Below are positions 51,280 through 61,174 of a stretch of 64,000 nt of DNA, piece by piece. The notes under the pieces were generated by a model, which did not search any database, was not told the DNA's origin, and saw only the letters and a list, made by a program, of their open reading frames with translations. The DNA is from an uncultured Pseudobutyrivibrio sp. (GTDB lineage: Bacteria > Bacillota > Clostridia > Lachnospirales > Lachnospiraceae). The DNA lies in the NCBI GenBank assembly GCA_900546435.1, contig URCQ01000007.1, positions 17,150 to 81,149 on the forward strand. Direction: 5' to 3'. The position numbers were made by a program, and so were the translations under genes. Within the stretch, counting starts at the first letter, position 1; each line of letters starts with the position of its first letter.

Positions 51280-51900
51280 TTAATCTTCCTCCTGTAAAAT
51301 CAGTTTTGCCTTTTTTAGTGCCACCGTAATAATACCAGTAAGAATTGTTGCAGAAATCATTTCAAATACTGCATTTACTCCTACAAACGCACAAATAAAG
51401 ACAATGACGTTGCGTCCGCCAATTAAGTTCTGCACATATTCTGTATTGCCAAATAATACGACAAGCGCTGTCATAAAGAACAATGTATTCAAAAATGCTG
51501 ACAAGAAACCGGTAAGATACCCAGAGAGTGTCATATTTTTTGTTGCTTTACGAAGGCCTTTAAAAATATAACCCAAAAGCAAACCATCTAAAAATCTTGG
51601 TACAAATCTCTGAATGAAAGCAAGCACCGGATTGATACTAAAAAGCATTGCTCCCATGGCACTGACACCGCCAACACCAATACACTGTCCAAAGCTTGTC
51701 AATCCAAATACTGCTCCCAAAATAGCTCCACCCAAAGGTCCACAGGAAATTGCCCCTATTGCAACCGGAATCATATTAAAAGTAATCGCAAGTGGTCCGA
51801 TATTGAGGTAACCAAGTGGCGTATACGCCATAAGAAGCAGTACTGCAATCATCAATCCTAAAATCGTAAGTTGTTTTGTCGTTAATTTTTTCTTTTTCAT
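51280..51900 (-). CDS. ECF transporter S component (PanT-like)
   Basis: TPLGY, IPVAIGA...GP..GA.LG..FGLTSF, PR, NTLFF. Confidence 0.85.
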   Translation of the reverse strand: MKKKKLTTKQLTILGLMIAVLLLMAYTPLGYLNIGPLAITFNMIPVAIGAISCGPLGGAILGAVFGLTSFGQCIGVGGVSAMGAMLFSINPVLAFIQRFVPRFLDGLLLGYIFKGLRKATKNMTLSGYLTGFLSAFLNTLFFMTALVVLFGNTEYVQNLIGGRNVIVFICAFVGVNAVFEMISATILTGIITVALKKAKLILQEED

Positions 51901-51948
51901 ATCCTCTATCCTTATAATCATAATGTAGGTTAGCATTTACCACCTTTG

Positions 51949-51977
51949 ATAGTACCACAGCCGCCAAGACGCCGCAA
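51949..51977 (-). promoter_or_regulatory. Putative promoter of the ECF-S/luxS/mtnN operon
   Basis: TTGCGG-17-TACTAT with TG extension. Confidence 0.55.
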
Positions 51978-52089
51978 GAAATAAGTGCGCACAAGCACAA
52001 TGTTTTATGGTATGATGGTAATGCTGTTTTCCAGCAGTTTATATGATATCCTTTTTAAACTAAGTTTTACAGAAAGATAAGAGTTATTT

Positions 52090-52950
52090 ATGAATAAAAA
52101 ATTTTTTCTTTGCGGCATTGCTGCCGTAATCATTTTAATTTCCATAGCATTTTATTGTACACCAATCCATAAAAGTCTTCGCACCATATCTGCTGGAGAA
52201 TCTATAGATACATCGGCTGTGCAAGCCCCATTATATGCCGGTATTTCCGCGCAAACCTATCAATACAACCACGGCATTGCCACCGGTGAAATTCCGATTG
52301 AAGTACCACCTTTTTTCGAAGAAGATGTTTACACTTTCTTGCAAGGTCACCGTGCATGGTCAAGCAATGCCACCTGGTCTGGAGAATGGTGCATGAAATA
52401 TGCCAAAGGACAATATTTCAGTGGATTTGGGTGTGGCTTCTGTTGTGTTGCCAACGTCTATTCCACGCTTTCCCCTTATACCTGTTCTCCACTTGATGTC
52501 TACGATTATGCCTATAAAGAAACAGGATATACACCAAGCAAGGCCAATTCGGCATTGGACTGGGGAAATATGAAAGTCATTTTAAAAGATTTGGGAATGT
52601 CTTGTGATGTTTATTATAAAGATAATAGTTATGAAGCTTTTCGCGATCAGATTAGAAGCGCGAAGATGGCAGTTACATTAGTAAGCAGTGCTAATGACGA
52701 CCGGCTCTGGCAAAAAGTACCTGGGCACTATGTTACCGTTTGTTTATATGATGCCAGCGACGACACGGTATTATTAGGTGATCCCGGATCTCCTACCAAC
52801 AATCGGACACGCGTCCCATTAACCTACATTTATGATGCATTAAAAACCACGAGTAAATTTCAATATCTACTCGTGGATGATTATACCGAAGCGAATAACC
52901 AGTGGTTACATGATGGAATCGATGAAGTATGGAATGCCCCAGCAAATTAG
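52090..52950 (+). CDS. Exported papain-like (peptidase C39-like) protein
   Basis: N-terminal signal/TM; GCG..C, GHY, GDP arrangement of a Cys-His-Asp triad. Confidence 0.65.
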   Translation: MNKKFFLCGIAAVIILISIAFYCTPIHKSLRTISAGESIDTSAVQAPLYAGISAQTYQYNHGIATGEIPIEVPPFFEEDVYTFLQGHRAWSSNATWSGEWCMKYAKGQYFSGFGCGFCCVANVYSTLSPYTCSPLDVYDYAYKETGYTPSKANSALDWGNMKVILKDLGMSCDVYYKDNSYEAFRDQIRSAKMAVTLVSSANDDRLWQKVPGHYVTVCLYDASDDTVLLGDPGSPTNNRTRVPLTYIYDALKTTSKFQYLLVDDYTEANNQWLHDGIDEVWNAPAN

Positions 52951-52961
52951 GGCATTCCTTT

Positions 52962-54392
52962 TTATCTTCTTCTGTCTCTACCTGGTTGCCGATAATAACA
53001 CGCTTTACACGCATACATTCTCTGGTCTGCAAGTTTTGAAACCTCGTGTATATTTTCCCAGGCCTGTTCTGTACTATACACATGCCCATAAGAAATACTC
53101 AGCGCATCTGCAAGTTCACCATGCCAATTCTGTACACTTGTTTCAAATACCCGCAATGCTTCTTCGAACTGCTGCACCTGTTTTGTCATACAAACGACAA
53201 ATTCATCTCCACCAATTCTATATATCTGACCATACGCACCAAATGCTTTTTTCATGCATTCTGCCGCAGCAATGATTAGTTCATCTCCGGCTGCATGACC
53301 ACAGGAATCATTTACGCTTTTCAAACCATTTAAATCCAGAGAAATATAAATCCATTCCTCATCTAAATCCAGCTTATTGATATCTTGTTCATATGCGTGC
53401 CTATTCAGGCACTTCGTAAGTTCATCCGTATTCGATGTATAAATCAAAGCTTCTTTTTCAAATTTTTCTTTTAAAACCTTAGAAAGCATATATAGCATAC
53501 AGCCAGATGCCACAATCAGATAAATTCCTACAATTAAAGTAGCCAGCACACTGCTTTGCAAATAATATATGTTCTCTATGCTTACCGCGACGATATAATT
53601 ATCATCCTGCTTCATAACACATCTGCAGGATTTTCCATCAATACGAACGCGTTCTGCTATTGACTGCTCCTTATCTATATCACGAGAGGATATCCCGATT
53701 TCGTCCAGCTTTTTTCCTTCTTTGCTGCTGTCTGTAGCACCTTTTATTATCTTTGTCTTCGCATCTGCGACAAAAATCTCCATGCCTTCGTATACCGGCA
53801 TATCTGCTACAACCATAGAAACCTGCGTCTGTTTCATTTCGGCAAGAAGACGCGTAGGTTCTATTCCCACCTGGATCATTTTGGTACCATCTTCATTCCA
53901 GGTAATCGCATACATCATTTCCTTACCTTCTGCGGTATTAGGGGTAACTTCCTGACACATACTAAGCTCTTTATTTTCAAGCATAATCTTGAAATATTGC
54001 ATCTGCTCACCGGAATCAAAACTATACCCAAAATATCGGGGTAGCGTACCACTATAAATACGTCCATTTTCATCAAACAGATGTATCTCATCAATCGACA
54101 TCAGACTCGCTATCTTTTGTAGTTCCTCTACATCATGCTCCACCTGCGGCTTTGCATCGACAATATAAGATACGGATTTGGCCCGTACAATATATTCATC
54201 CATAAGCAGCTGGACAAGTTCCTCTCTGTCCTTGTCATTTTCATCAAGCACGGTCATAACACGATCAAGAAGCGCCTTTGACATTCTATATGCATTTTTA
54301 CCATTCACATAGTTTAGAATATTGACTTCTAGGAGTAACGCAACAGCAATAACAACCATAGCCAATATCACCATTTTTTTCTTCCTTTTCAT
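52962..54392 (-). CDS. Sensor-domain diguanylate cyclase
   Basis: Two TMs, extracellular domain, DLNGLK.VND..GH.AGD, RIGGDEF. Confidence 0.9.
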   Translation of the reverse strand: MKRKKKMVILAMVVIAVALLLEVNILNYVNGKNAYRMSKALLDRVMTVLDENDKDREELVQLLMDEYIVRAKSVSYIVDAKPQVEHDVEELQKIASLMSIDEIHLFDENGRIYSGTLPRYFGYSFDSGEQMQYFKIMLENKELSMCQEVTPNTAEGKEMMYAITWNEDGTKMIQVGIEPTRLLAEMKQTQVSMVVADMPVYEGMEIFVADAKTKIIKGATDSSKEGKKLDEIGISSRDIDKEQSIAERVRIDGKSCRCVMKQDDNYIVAVSIENIYYLQSSVLATLIVGIYLIVASGCMLYMLSKVLKEKFEKEALIYTSNTDELTKCLNRHAYEQDINKLDLDEEWIYISLDLNGLKSVNDSCGHAAGDELIIAAAECMKKAFGAYGQIYRIGGDEFVVCMTKQVQQFEEALRVFETSVQNWHGELADALSISYGHVYSTEQAWENIHEVSKLADQRMYACKACYYRQPGRDRRR

Positions 54393-54468
54393 GGATTTAT
54401 TATACCATATGCCCTAGGCTCTTGCATCCGATAAAACTCACTATTTTAAAGGATAAAATTTTCTTTTC

Positions 54469-55422
54469 TTATACTTCTATGGTTTCTAAAATTTTCTTTA
54501 AAGAATCTGCAGATTCTTTCAGTTTTAATGCTTCCTCTCCATTGAGATTAATTGGGACATCTGACTCGATACCTTCTGCGCCTACAATCGCCGGCATACT
54601 AAGAGCCACGCCGTCAATATCATACGAACCATGTATCATATGTGAAACCGGCAAAATCGATTTTTCATCGCGCATAATCACTTCACAGATTCTTTTTACA
54701 GACATTGCGATGCCGTAATATGTCGCATGTTTTCTGTTTATAATCTCGTATGCACTGTTCTTTACCGCTGCTGCAATTTCCTGCGTATTCTCCTTATGCT
54801 TGTAATGACCTCGCATTTCGCACATTTCACTCAGTGGTACACCGGATACATTTGCAGACGACCATGCCACCACTTCACTGTCTCCATGTTCACCAATAAT
54901 AAACGCATGCACACTGCGACTGTCCACCGATAAATGTTCCCCTAATTTATATCGTAATCTGGCACTGTCTAAAACAGTTCCAGAGCCGATCACTCTGTTT
55001 TCCGGAAGACCGAATAATTTGATTGCTACCTGGGTAAGAATATCAACTGGATTTGCTACCACAAGCAAAATTCCTGCGAACTTTCTTTTTGCAATCTCCG
55101 GAATAATGGATTTGAATATGGAAACATTCTTGTTCACAAGATCCATACGTGTCTCGCCCGGTTTTTGACCTGCCCCTGCTGATACAATCACAATCGCTGC
55201 ATCTGTCACATCATCATAACTTCCGGCATATATTTTCATCGGACTTGCAAAAGGAATGCCGTGGCTGATGTCCATCGCCTCTCCTTCCGCCTTATTCTGA
55301 TCTGCATCAATCAACGCAATTTCTGTAAACAAGCCACTCTGCATCAATGCAAACACAGAGGCTGATCCCACAAAACCACATCCTATCATGACTGCCTTTT
55401 TTGAATTTATAACATGTTTCAT
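54469..55422 (-). CDS. ldh: L-lactate dehydrogenase
   Basis: IGCGFVG, QKPGETRMDL, NPVD, GTVLDSAR, GEHGDS, TYYGI. Confidence 0.96.
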   Translation of the reverse strand: MKHVINSKKAVMIGCGFVGSASVFALMQSGLFTEIALIDADQNKAEGEAMDISHGIPFASPMKIYAGSYDDVTDAAIVIVSAGAGQKPGETRMDLVNKNVSIFKSIIPEIAKRKFAGILLVVANPVDILTQVAIKLFGLPENRVIGSGTVLDSARLRYKLGEHLSVDSRSVHAFIIGEHGDSEVVAWSSANVSGVPLSEMCEMRGHYKHKENTQEIAAAVKNSAYEIINRKHATYYGIAMSVKRICEVIMRDEKSILPVSHMIHGSYDIDGVALSMPAIVGAEGIESDVPINLNGEEALKLKESADSLKKILETIEV

Positions 55423-55516
55423 CGTAAGTTTCCTCCTTCATTTCTATAAATACCATTCCCGTTTGGCTGGCAAGCTATTCTGATTCTATATATTACTATC
55501 GTTGTCTTGCCTTCTC

Positions 55517-55572
55517 CCTTATTGGGAACAATTCTCAATAAGGATTATATATTGCGATTTTTTATGTGTCAA
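55517..55572 (-). promoter_or_regulatory. Consensus SigA promoter of ldh (55544-55572) with abutting palindromic operator (55517-55543)
   Basis: TTGACA-17-TATAAT; CCTTATTGgGAA-caa-TTCtCAATAAGG. Confidence 0.75.
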
Positions 55573-55604
55573 TAAAAAAAGCGACAATCATGCACTGCTA
55601 CTGA

Positions 55605-56099
55605 CTAAAGTTTTTGTATTTGTTCCCCATCTGTAAGATCTGCAAAAATGTTTGCAACATGTGTCGATACAATACCTTCACACACGGTTCCAAACAAAAT
55701 ATTAAGCGTATCCTCGACCAGCTCACACTCGGACAGTTCCACTTCATATTGCTTTGCCATCTCCTTGATGACCTCCACTTTTTCTGCGTCATGCTCCACG
55801 GAAATTACATCCTCAAACATATCCGTATAATATTTTTCAACAAACTTTCGTTTACTCAAAACTTCTTCTTCACCAGAGCATGTCGTCAATACGTATAGCT
55901 TTGCGCCCTCTCTTTTTCTTTTCCGTGCGTAGTCTTTTATAGCCTTGACGGGCTTGCAGTACTCATATATATTCTCACCGTGTTCTTTGCAATATACACG
56001 CCATTCCTTCTCGCTCATACCAATCTGTAATTTTCCATTTACCATATACTGCGGAGCGCTAAGCGTACCATCTACATCAAAAAATGCTAATTTTATCAT
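55605..56099 (-). CDS. Small HAD-superfamily protein
   Basis: FFDVDGTL, VLT, K, LVED motifs. Confidence 0.75.
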   Translation of the reverse strand: MIKLAFFDVDGTLSAPQYMVNGKLQIGMSEKEWRVYCKEHGENIYEYCKPVKAIKDYARKRKREGAKLYVLTTCSGEEEVLSKRKFVEKYYTDMFEDVISVEHDAEKVEVIKEMAKQYEVELSECELVEDTLNILFGTVCEGIVSTHVANIFADLTDGEQIQKL

Positions 56100-56118
56100 A
56101 AGCTGTGATTTATCCTTT

Positions 56119-57039
56119 CTAGCGCAACAGAGAAACTGCCATTCTTCGATACGTATGGCGTTTTCCGCGAATAGCTACGCTATATGCCATAATATTCTCT
56201 GGCAATGCCATCCCCATATAACCACTATCACCAATATGATGAATGTCTGCACCAGCCATCTTACACATAAGAGCAATTTGACGAATCGTATCTTCATCAG
56301 CACCTTCTTGTGATGTTCCAATCGTCGTCATCGCAAGCGCTCCCTTTTCATGTGCTCTCTTTATCAGTTTTGCCGCATATTCCATTGAAATACCCGGAAC
56401 TGTCCCCGGTGCCGGAAGCAAAATCACATCTGCACCAGCATCTACAAATGATTCCACTTCATTCTCTGTCAGAATTTTTTCTCCCGCTTCCGAAAGAACA
56501 CCAGATGCGTGCATCTTTCCCGCTGTAAGAATAACGCGATCGCCCACTGCTTCTTTCAACTGGGAAAGTGCCTGTAGAATTGCATCATTCTCTACGCCCA
56601 CACCAGGATTGCCTGTCAAAACAATCATGTCCACGCCCATATCCGCTGCTTTTTTTGCATTTTCCGGTGTAGCCTGACGACCTTTTGTCAAGTTCCAAAC
56701 CGATTTATCCTCTGTATCCTTTACGATAGCCGGCTCTAAATTAATCGCCACCATTCTTCCTGTAAGGCGCTTCACCTCATGAACCACCTCTTCTGGTGGC
56801 ACCTGTGGCAACCCTTGGATCACAGGTTCATTTACGTCGAAGACATTTAGCATAATCAAATCTGCTCCAAGAGACGTCACAAATTCTGCATTTGTTATAT
56901 CAACCAGCATCGGTGTCACCGTTCCTATGGTTTCTGCTGCAAGTGTTCTACCCTCGCTATCTGCTATGGAAGTTAAAAGTTCCTGCTTCTTGTAGGAAGC
57001 CAATTCCCTGGCCGTTGTATCTATGAGTCTTTTTGTCAT
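56119..57039 (-). CDS. Uncharacterised TIM-barrel (PEP-phosphonomutase-like) protein
   Basis: TGNPG.GV, GKMH.SG, P.PGTVPG, GTSQEGAD, HHIGD motifs. Confidence 0.6.
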   Translation of the reverse strand: MTKRLIDTTARELASYKKQELLTSIADSEGRTLAAETIGTVTPMLVDITNAEFVTSLGADLIMLNVFDVNEPVIQGLPQVPPEEVVHEVKRLTGRMVAINLEPAIVKDTEDKSVWNLTKGRQATPENAKKAADMGVDMIVLTGNPGVGVENDAILQALSQLKEAVGDRVILTAGKMHASGVLSEAGEKILTENEVESFVDAGADVILLPAPGTVPGISMEYAAKLIKRAHEKGALAMTTIGTSQEGADEDTIRQIALMCKMAGADIHHIGDSGYMGMALPENIMAYSVAIRGKRHTYRRMAVSLLR

Positions 57040-57118
57040 AATTCATTCTCCTCTTTTCTTTTTCGATTGCTTTCATTGTAGCACATTTTACGATGCAGTT
57101 CCCCCTGTAAATACATAC

Positions 57119-57178
57119 AAAAAAAGACTCCGGGCAGATGTTTCGTCGTTTCCTTCTAATATCTGCCCAAAGTCTTTA
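57119..57178 (-). terminator. Terminator at end of the T7SS locus
   Basis: AAAGACT..GGGCAGAT-(large loop)-ATCTGCCC..AGTCTTT followed by T-tract on minus strand. Confidence 0.7.
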
Positions 57179-57200
57179 CACTAATCCGAGTAAGAAATCA

Positions 57201-57494
57201 TTACCCTCTAAACTGATTAGCAATATTCACGTCTGTTTCTTCCACAATTTTTGCTGTAGAATCCAGTGCTGCTGCAATTTCACGAATCAATTCTTCTGCT
57301 TTCATAAATCCAGGTTTTACTTCCTGATAACGTGCTGCATAAGATTCACTAGCTGCACCTTCCCATTCGCTCTGCAATTGCTGAAGCAGAGCATCCATTT
57401 TGCTGATCACCCCATTCACCGTATCTGCCTCAATGCGATACTGGTTTGCTCTCTCTCTCATTTGATCTGGTGTAATCCTAATTTGATTTGCCAT
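57201..57494 (-). CDS. esxA: WXG100 family T7SS protein (EsxA-like)
   Basis: 97 aa, QIRITP, central WEG, C-terminal VEETD. Confidence 0.93.
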   Translation of the reverse strand: MANQIRITPDQMRERANQYRIEADTVNGVISKMDALLQQLQSEWEGAASESYAARYQEVKPGFMKAEELIREIAAALDSTAKIVEETDVNIANQFRG

Positions 57495-57560
57495 TTTATT
57501 TTCCTCCCAAAATTTTATTTATATACCGGTAAAACCGGAAATATACTTATGTAATTTTAT

Positions 57561-59273
57561 CTATCGACTTGCCATTTGATTGGTCATCGACGTGATATAG
57601 GTGTTTGCACTCTGCAATTCCTGACACCGTAAAACAAGACGTGCAGAAATTGTATCATCTATCGTTTGTACATTATCAAACACTGTATCCATTCCTGCCT
57701 TACAAATCTGATTTGTTTCCGTTATTTTTGAAAAATATCCATTGATTGCTTTCATAGCAACACCGATAAGCAATGGAGAATACCATTCCTCCCCAGCATA
57801 ATTTCCCCAGGAAGAAACCGAAACACTCCCTGAACTCTCTATTCCATAAATTGCATTCGTAAGTGCCTCATATACCTTCCACGAAAAATCACGTGTAGTC
57901 CCTTCTCTTGCAACTGCATCATCACATCCGCCAGAAGTATCGATATCCCGAACTTTACTATCAATTCTTTCCCAAAATGCTGCAATATCAAAATCATACT
58001 TACCAGCCAACATCTTTCTTATTACTGGAAAAACAATATATCTCAAAAATTTTTCATCATCACTATCCGTCAACTGTTTCTTTATATAATCAAGTATCAT
58101 GGCGAGATTCAGGTTCACATTGATATGATAACCAAAGATATTAAAATCCATCAGTTTAATCATTTCATTCAATGCATTTAAACCCAACGCTTCTAGCATT
58201 TTATCGATTTCTTTTGCATTGATATCGTATACATCCATATACTTCACCAAATATGCCATCACTAATGCTAATGAATCAGGATTTTTCAAGATAAAATCAA
58301 TCATTTTGTTTGTTTTATCTTGATCTCCTGAAAACATCAATGCCAACAATTGCGACGAAAAATCTACAATCTCAACTTTATCCTTATCATCTGCATTATT
58401 AAGTACAAATGTCGTAAACTTATGCAGCATTTGCATTGACTCATCTTCTGGTATCTCAACCACAATAGGATTTCCGCTCTCATCAAGAATGAGTTTTCCT
58501 TTTTCGTCCGCCATGAAGAAAGAATTCGGACTATGATGTTCTCCGATACCATCTACTCCCCACCCCTGACAATATACCTGCTTTGCATTCGGTACTGGGA
58601 AAAGCAATACATGCACATAATCTGTAGAAAGCGAATATTCCGTAATAACTTCACCTTTTGCCTGAATTTCCGCCCAATATTTATCTATAAACTCCTGCGA
58701 AAATCCCTGACCGTCGTAAGCAACACATCTTGTGACTTTATCTGAGGTGATTGCAACATACATAGCTTTATTACCACCCTTTGAATGTCCTGTAACTGTA
58801 ACATTTTCGTATGGCAGACTTTCGATAAAATCCAATGCCTCTTTCTGACATTGCGTATCTGTCACGTTAAGTCCTTCTACATTATCAACCCACTCATCAC
58901 CACCATGGGTTCCTCTAAAAGCCACAATAGCATCATCTGCACTTCCTTCCTCTACAAAGCACATTGCTAGTGTTGTTCCATCAACAGCCGCCATCGTATC
59001 TTTCAACACAAGGTCTTTCATTTGACTTTCCTGTAAATAACGAATCATACCGGCCCACTCCTGCGCTGAAGAAAGCCCAATCTTTTGGTCCCCTTTTTCC
59101 TCCAGATTTCGTAAGGCTTCTTCATCAAAACAAGATAGTATTTCTGAAAGTGTCATATTTTTTTGTCCACTTTTGATACCAGAAAATCCTTGGATGCCAG
59201 CTTGTTCCGCAACCCTATGATCCATATACGTCAGCTGCTCTATCATCCCCAATTCATTATCTGTTAGAACCAT
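57561..59273 (-). CDS. Lipase (DUF2974/Mbeg1-like) with C-terminal helical region; candidate T7SS effector
   Basis: AFRGT, GHSKGG (GxSxG), DYV, H within first about 250 aa; remainder looks helical; start may be 59285. Confidence 0.82.
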   Translation of the reverse strand: MVLTDNELGMIEQLTYMDHRVAEQAGIQGFSGIKSGQKNMTLSEILSCFDEEALRNLEEKGDQKIGLSSAQEWAGMIRYLQESQMKDLVLKDTMAAVDGTTLAMCFVEEGSADDAIVAFRGTHGGDEWVDNVEGLNVTDTQCQKEALDFIESLPYENVTVTGHSKGGNKAMYVAITSDKVTRCVAYDGQGFSQEFIDKYWAEIQAKGEVITEYSLSTDYVHVLLFPVPNAKQVYCQGWGVDGIGEHHSPNSFFMADEKGKLILDESGNPIVVEIPEDESMQMLHKFTTFVLNNADDKDKVEIVDFSSQLLALMFSGDQDKTNKMIDFILKNPDSLALVMAYLVKYMDVYDINAKEIDKMLEALGLNALNEMIKLMDFNIFGYHINVNLNLAMILDYIKKQLTDSDDEKFLRYIVFPVIRKMLAGKYDFDIAAFWERIDSKVRDIDTSGGCDDAVAREGTTRDFSWKVYEALTNAIYGIESSGSVSVSSWGNYAGEEWYSPLLIGVAMKAINGYFSKITETNQICKAGMDTVFDNVQTIDDTISARLVLRCQELQSANTYITSMTNQMASR

Positions 59274-59298
59274 TTCATCCCCCATTCAAATCAACACC

Positions 59299-60066
59299 TT
59301 ATTTTTCTACATACCAGATTTCTCGCACAATATAGCGTTCGTCCGATAGATAATCGGTATAATTATATTTCGTAAGATATGGAATTTCCCCTTCATGAAG
59401 AAGAATCAGTTGCACCATCCCATATAATTCATGCTCTGCAAGATATTCATGAAGTTCTTCCTTAAAGAAAACAAGTTCTTGCTGTTCCATCATTTCCCCA
59501 TCCATAAATATCCATAAACAGCTCTCGATTTTCCCAGAAAAATCGGTATCTTTCGTTGGTACTTCCGTCAATGTCGTTTTTGTTATTTCCGTAAATATCT
59601 TCATTTTCGTACCTGGTAAAATATCTTTGATTCCTTCCGATACATACGAAATAAACATTGTATTTGCAGCGACATTTAAATAGTTGTCCTCATATCCATC
59701 CTCCGTCTTTGTAATTGTAAAACATTCCATCTCTTTATCCCCTTCCGTCGGAAAAGCATACATATGTTCTGTTTCTAAAGGATTTTGTGCAACATATCCT
59801 GCATACGAAAATGACTTTCGATACTTTTTTTCTGCATAGCAAAGCATTTTCTCTATGGAAACAATTGCCTTTTGTTGTGATATAGAAAGATTGGTATACT
59901 CTGTTGATAATCCCTGTTCTCTTAAAATATCTTTCTGTCTCTGATTCAAAGTAACATCCATTTCCGCTTTGCTTTGCACTTCTGAATTTTGCATCTTACA
60001 TCCACACGCTCCTATCATCAAACTTATAATACCAATTAGTATTCCATAGCTTATTTTTCTTTTCAT
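59299..60066 (-). CDS. Lipoprotein, candidate immunity protein
   Basis: Start set at MKRKISYG (RBS GGAG); signal peptide with lipobox IGAC/ACGC; directly upstream of the lipase. Confidence 0.7.
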   Translation of the reverse strand: MKRKISYGILIGIISLMIGACGCKMQNSEVQSKAEMDVTLNQRQKDILREQGLSTEYTNLSISQQKAIVSIEKMLCYAEKKYRKSFSYAGYVAQNPLETEHMYAFPTEGDKEMECFTITKTEDGYEDNYLNVAANTMFISYVSEGIKDILPGTKMKIFTEITKTTLTEVPTKDTDFSGKIESCLWIFMDGEMMEQQELVFFKEELHEYLAEHELYGMVQLILLHEGEIPYLTKYNYTDYLSDERYIVREIWYVEK

Positions 60067-60067
60067 G

Positions 60068-60358
60068 TTATTTCTCCGACGAGCCCCACCACTGGGCAAG
60101 CGAAGCATCTGTATTTGTAAATGCAACCCTGGTATTCATAACCGCCGTTTCCGTTTCCTGTATCAGACTACTTAAAGCTGCACCAATTTCATTCAGCTGG
60201 TTTGCTGTTGCTATTAAATTATCTGCTACAGATCCTTTTGCATTCGTAAACTGTACTTTCACACGCCGACTAGATATATTTTTGGATAATGCCGACAACT
60301 TTCTTTCACTTTTTTCTAATTCGCTTATATCGACTTTGATCTGTACTGTATCAGCCAT
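60068..60358 (-). CDS. WXG100-like helical partner with FxxxD motif
   Basis: Start MADTVQIKVD (RBS GGAGGTG), 96 aa, central AKG turn, C-terminal FTNTD. Confidence 0.72.
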   Translation of the reverse strand: MADTVQIKVDISELEKSERKLSALSKNISSRRVKVQFTNAKGSVADNLIATANQLNEIGAALSSLIQETETAVMNTRVAFTNTDASLAQWWGSSEK

Positions 60359-60372
60359 TTCACCACCTCCAC

Positions 60373-60705
60373 TTACAAAAATTGTGCTACAAGTGAGTCG
60401 ATTGTAGCCGTTATACCCGTTGGAAACTGAAAACAATCTGCGCTTGCTATTCCAGCCATATAAGCATTCACATCTATAGCAACTTCTTCACACTCATCTT
60501 TAATAGATGTCTTATACGGTTTTAAAGCCAGTGCAATAGCTGACAGCTTAGAACATACCAAATCATCCTGGATGCCTCTTTCCTGAATTTCAGAAAGTAC
60601 CGCTATATATGCTTCCATCGTTCTGCACAAAAAATCTGCATACTCTACAAGATTATTCGCCGCTATCGAAAGTTCTGCCTCTGCACAAACAACATCTTTT
60701 GCCAT
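60373..60705 (-). CDS. Small helical T7SS-associated protein
   Basis: 110 aa, helix-turn-helix-like pattern, IASAD near C-terminus, RBS GGAGG. Confidence 0.6.
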   Translation of the reverse strand: MAKDVVCAEAELSIAANNLVEYADFLCRTMEAYIAVLSEIQERGIQDDLVCSKLSAIALALKPYKTSIKDECEEVAIDVNAYMAGIASADCFQFPTGITATIDSLVAQFL

Positions 60706-60706
60706 A

Positions 60707-61174
60707 TTACAGACCTCCTCCCATAAAAAACTTCGCCAATTTTTCAGCTGTTTTTGCTATCTCAATTTGAATATCCAATTCAGCAATTTTGATATTACAA
60801 AAAAAGATTTCTTCTTCATAGTCGTTGACAGCATTTTCATAGCTTTTCAATTTTGCGGAAATAGTTGTAAGAAGTGCCGTATATATAGCCGCAATGCTCT
60901 TAGCTCCTATTCCATAAAATATATTTTGCATGCCAGCAAAATATCGCTGCGCTGTAATACTATTCTCTTTTACCTCTTCCACACCAGACAACATACCAGC
61001 TTTATGAGAATTTATCGTATGAAACTCCTCCTGAGACTGTAAGACCATGGTCTTAAAACTACATAAAGATTCATACGCCTGTTCACATTGCGTTCGTTGT
61101 TGATAAGCCTGTTCTCTTTGATTTATATATGTTTGCCTTTCGGCTTCCAATGTCGGTATTATACTTGCGCTCAT
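60707..61174 (-). CDS. Coiled-coil T7SS-associated protein (DUF5082-like size and pattern)
   Basis: 155 aa with heptad pattern, overlaps the essC stop, RBS GGAGGGG. Confidence 0.6.
   Translation of the reverse strand: MSASIIPTLEAERQTYINQREQAYQQRTQCEQAYESLCSFKTMVLQSQEEFHTINSHKAGMLSGVEEVKENSITAQRYFAGMQNIFYGIGAKSIAAIYTALLTTISAKLKSYENAVNDYEEEIFFCNIKIAELDIQIEIAKTAEKLAKFFMGGGL

Noticed and set aside
51901..52000. Riboswitch/pan motif upstream of the ECF S component
   Set aside because: The GC-rich stretch is explained by a -35/-10 promoter; the remaining leader is short with only a weak hairpin
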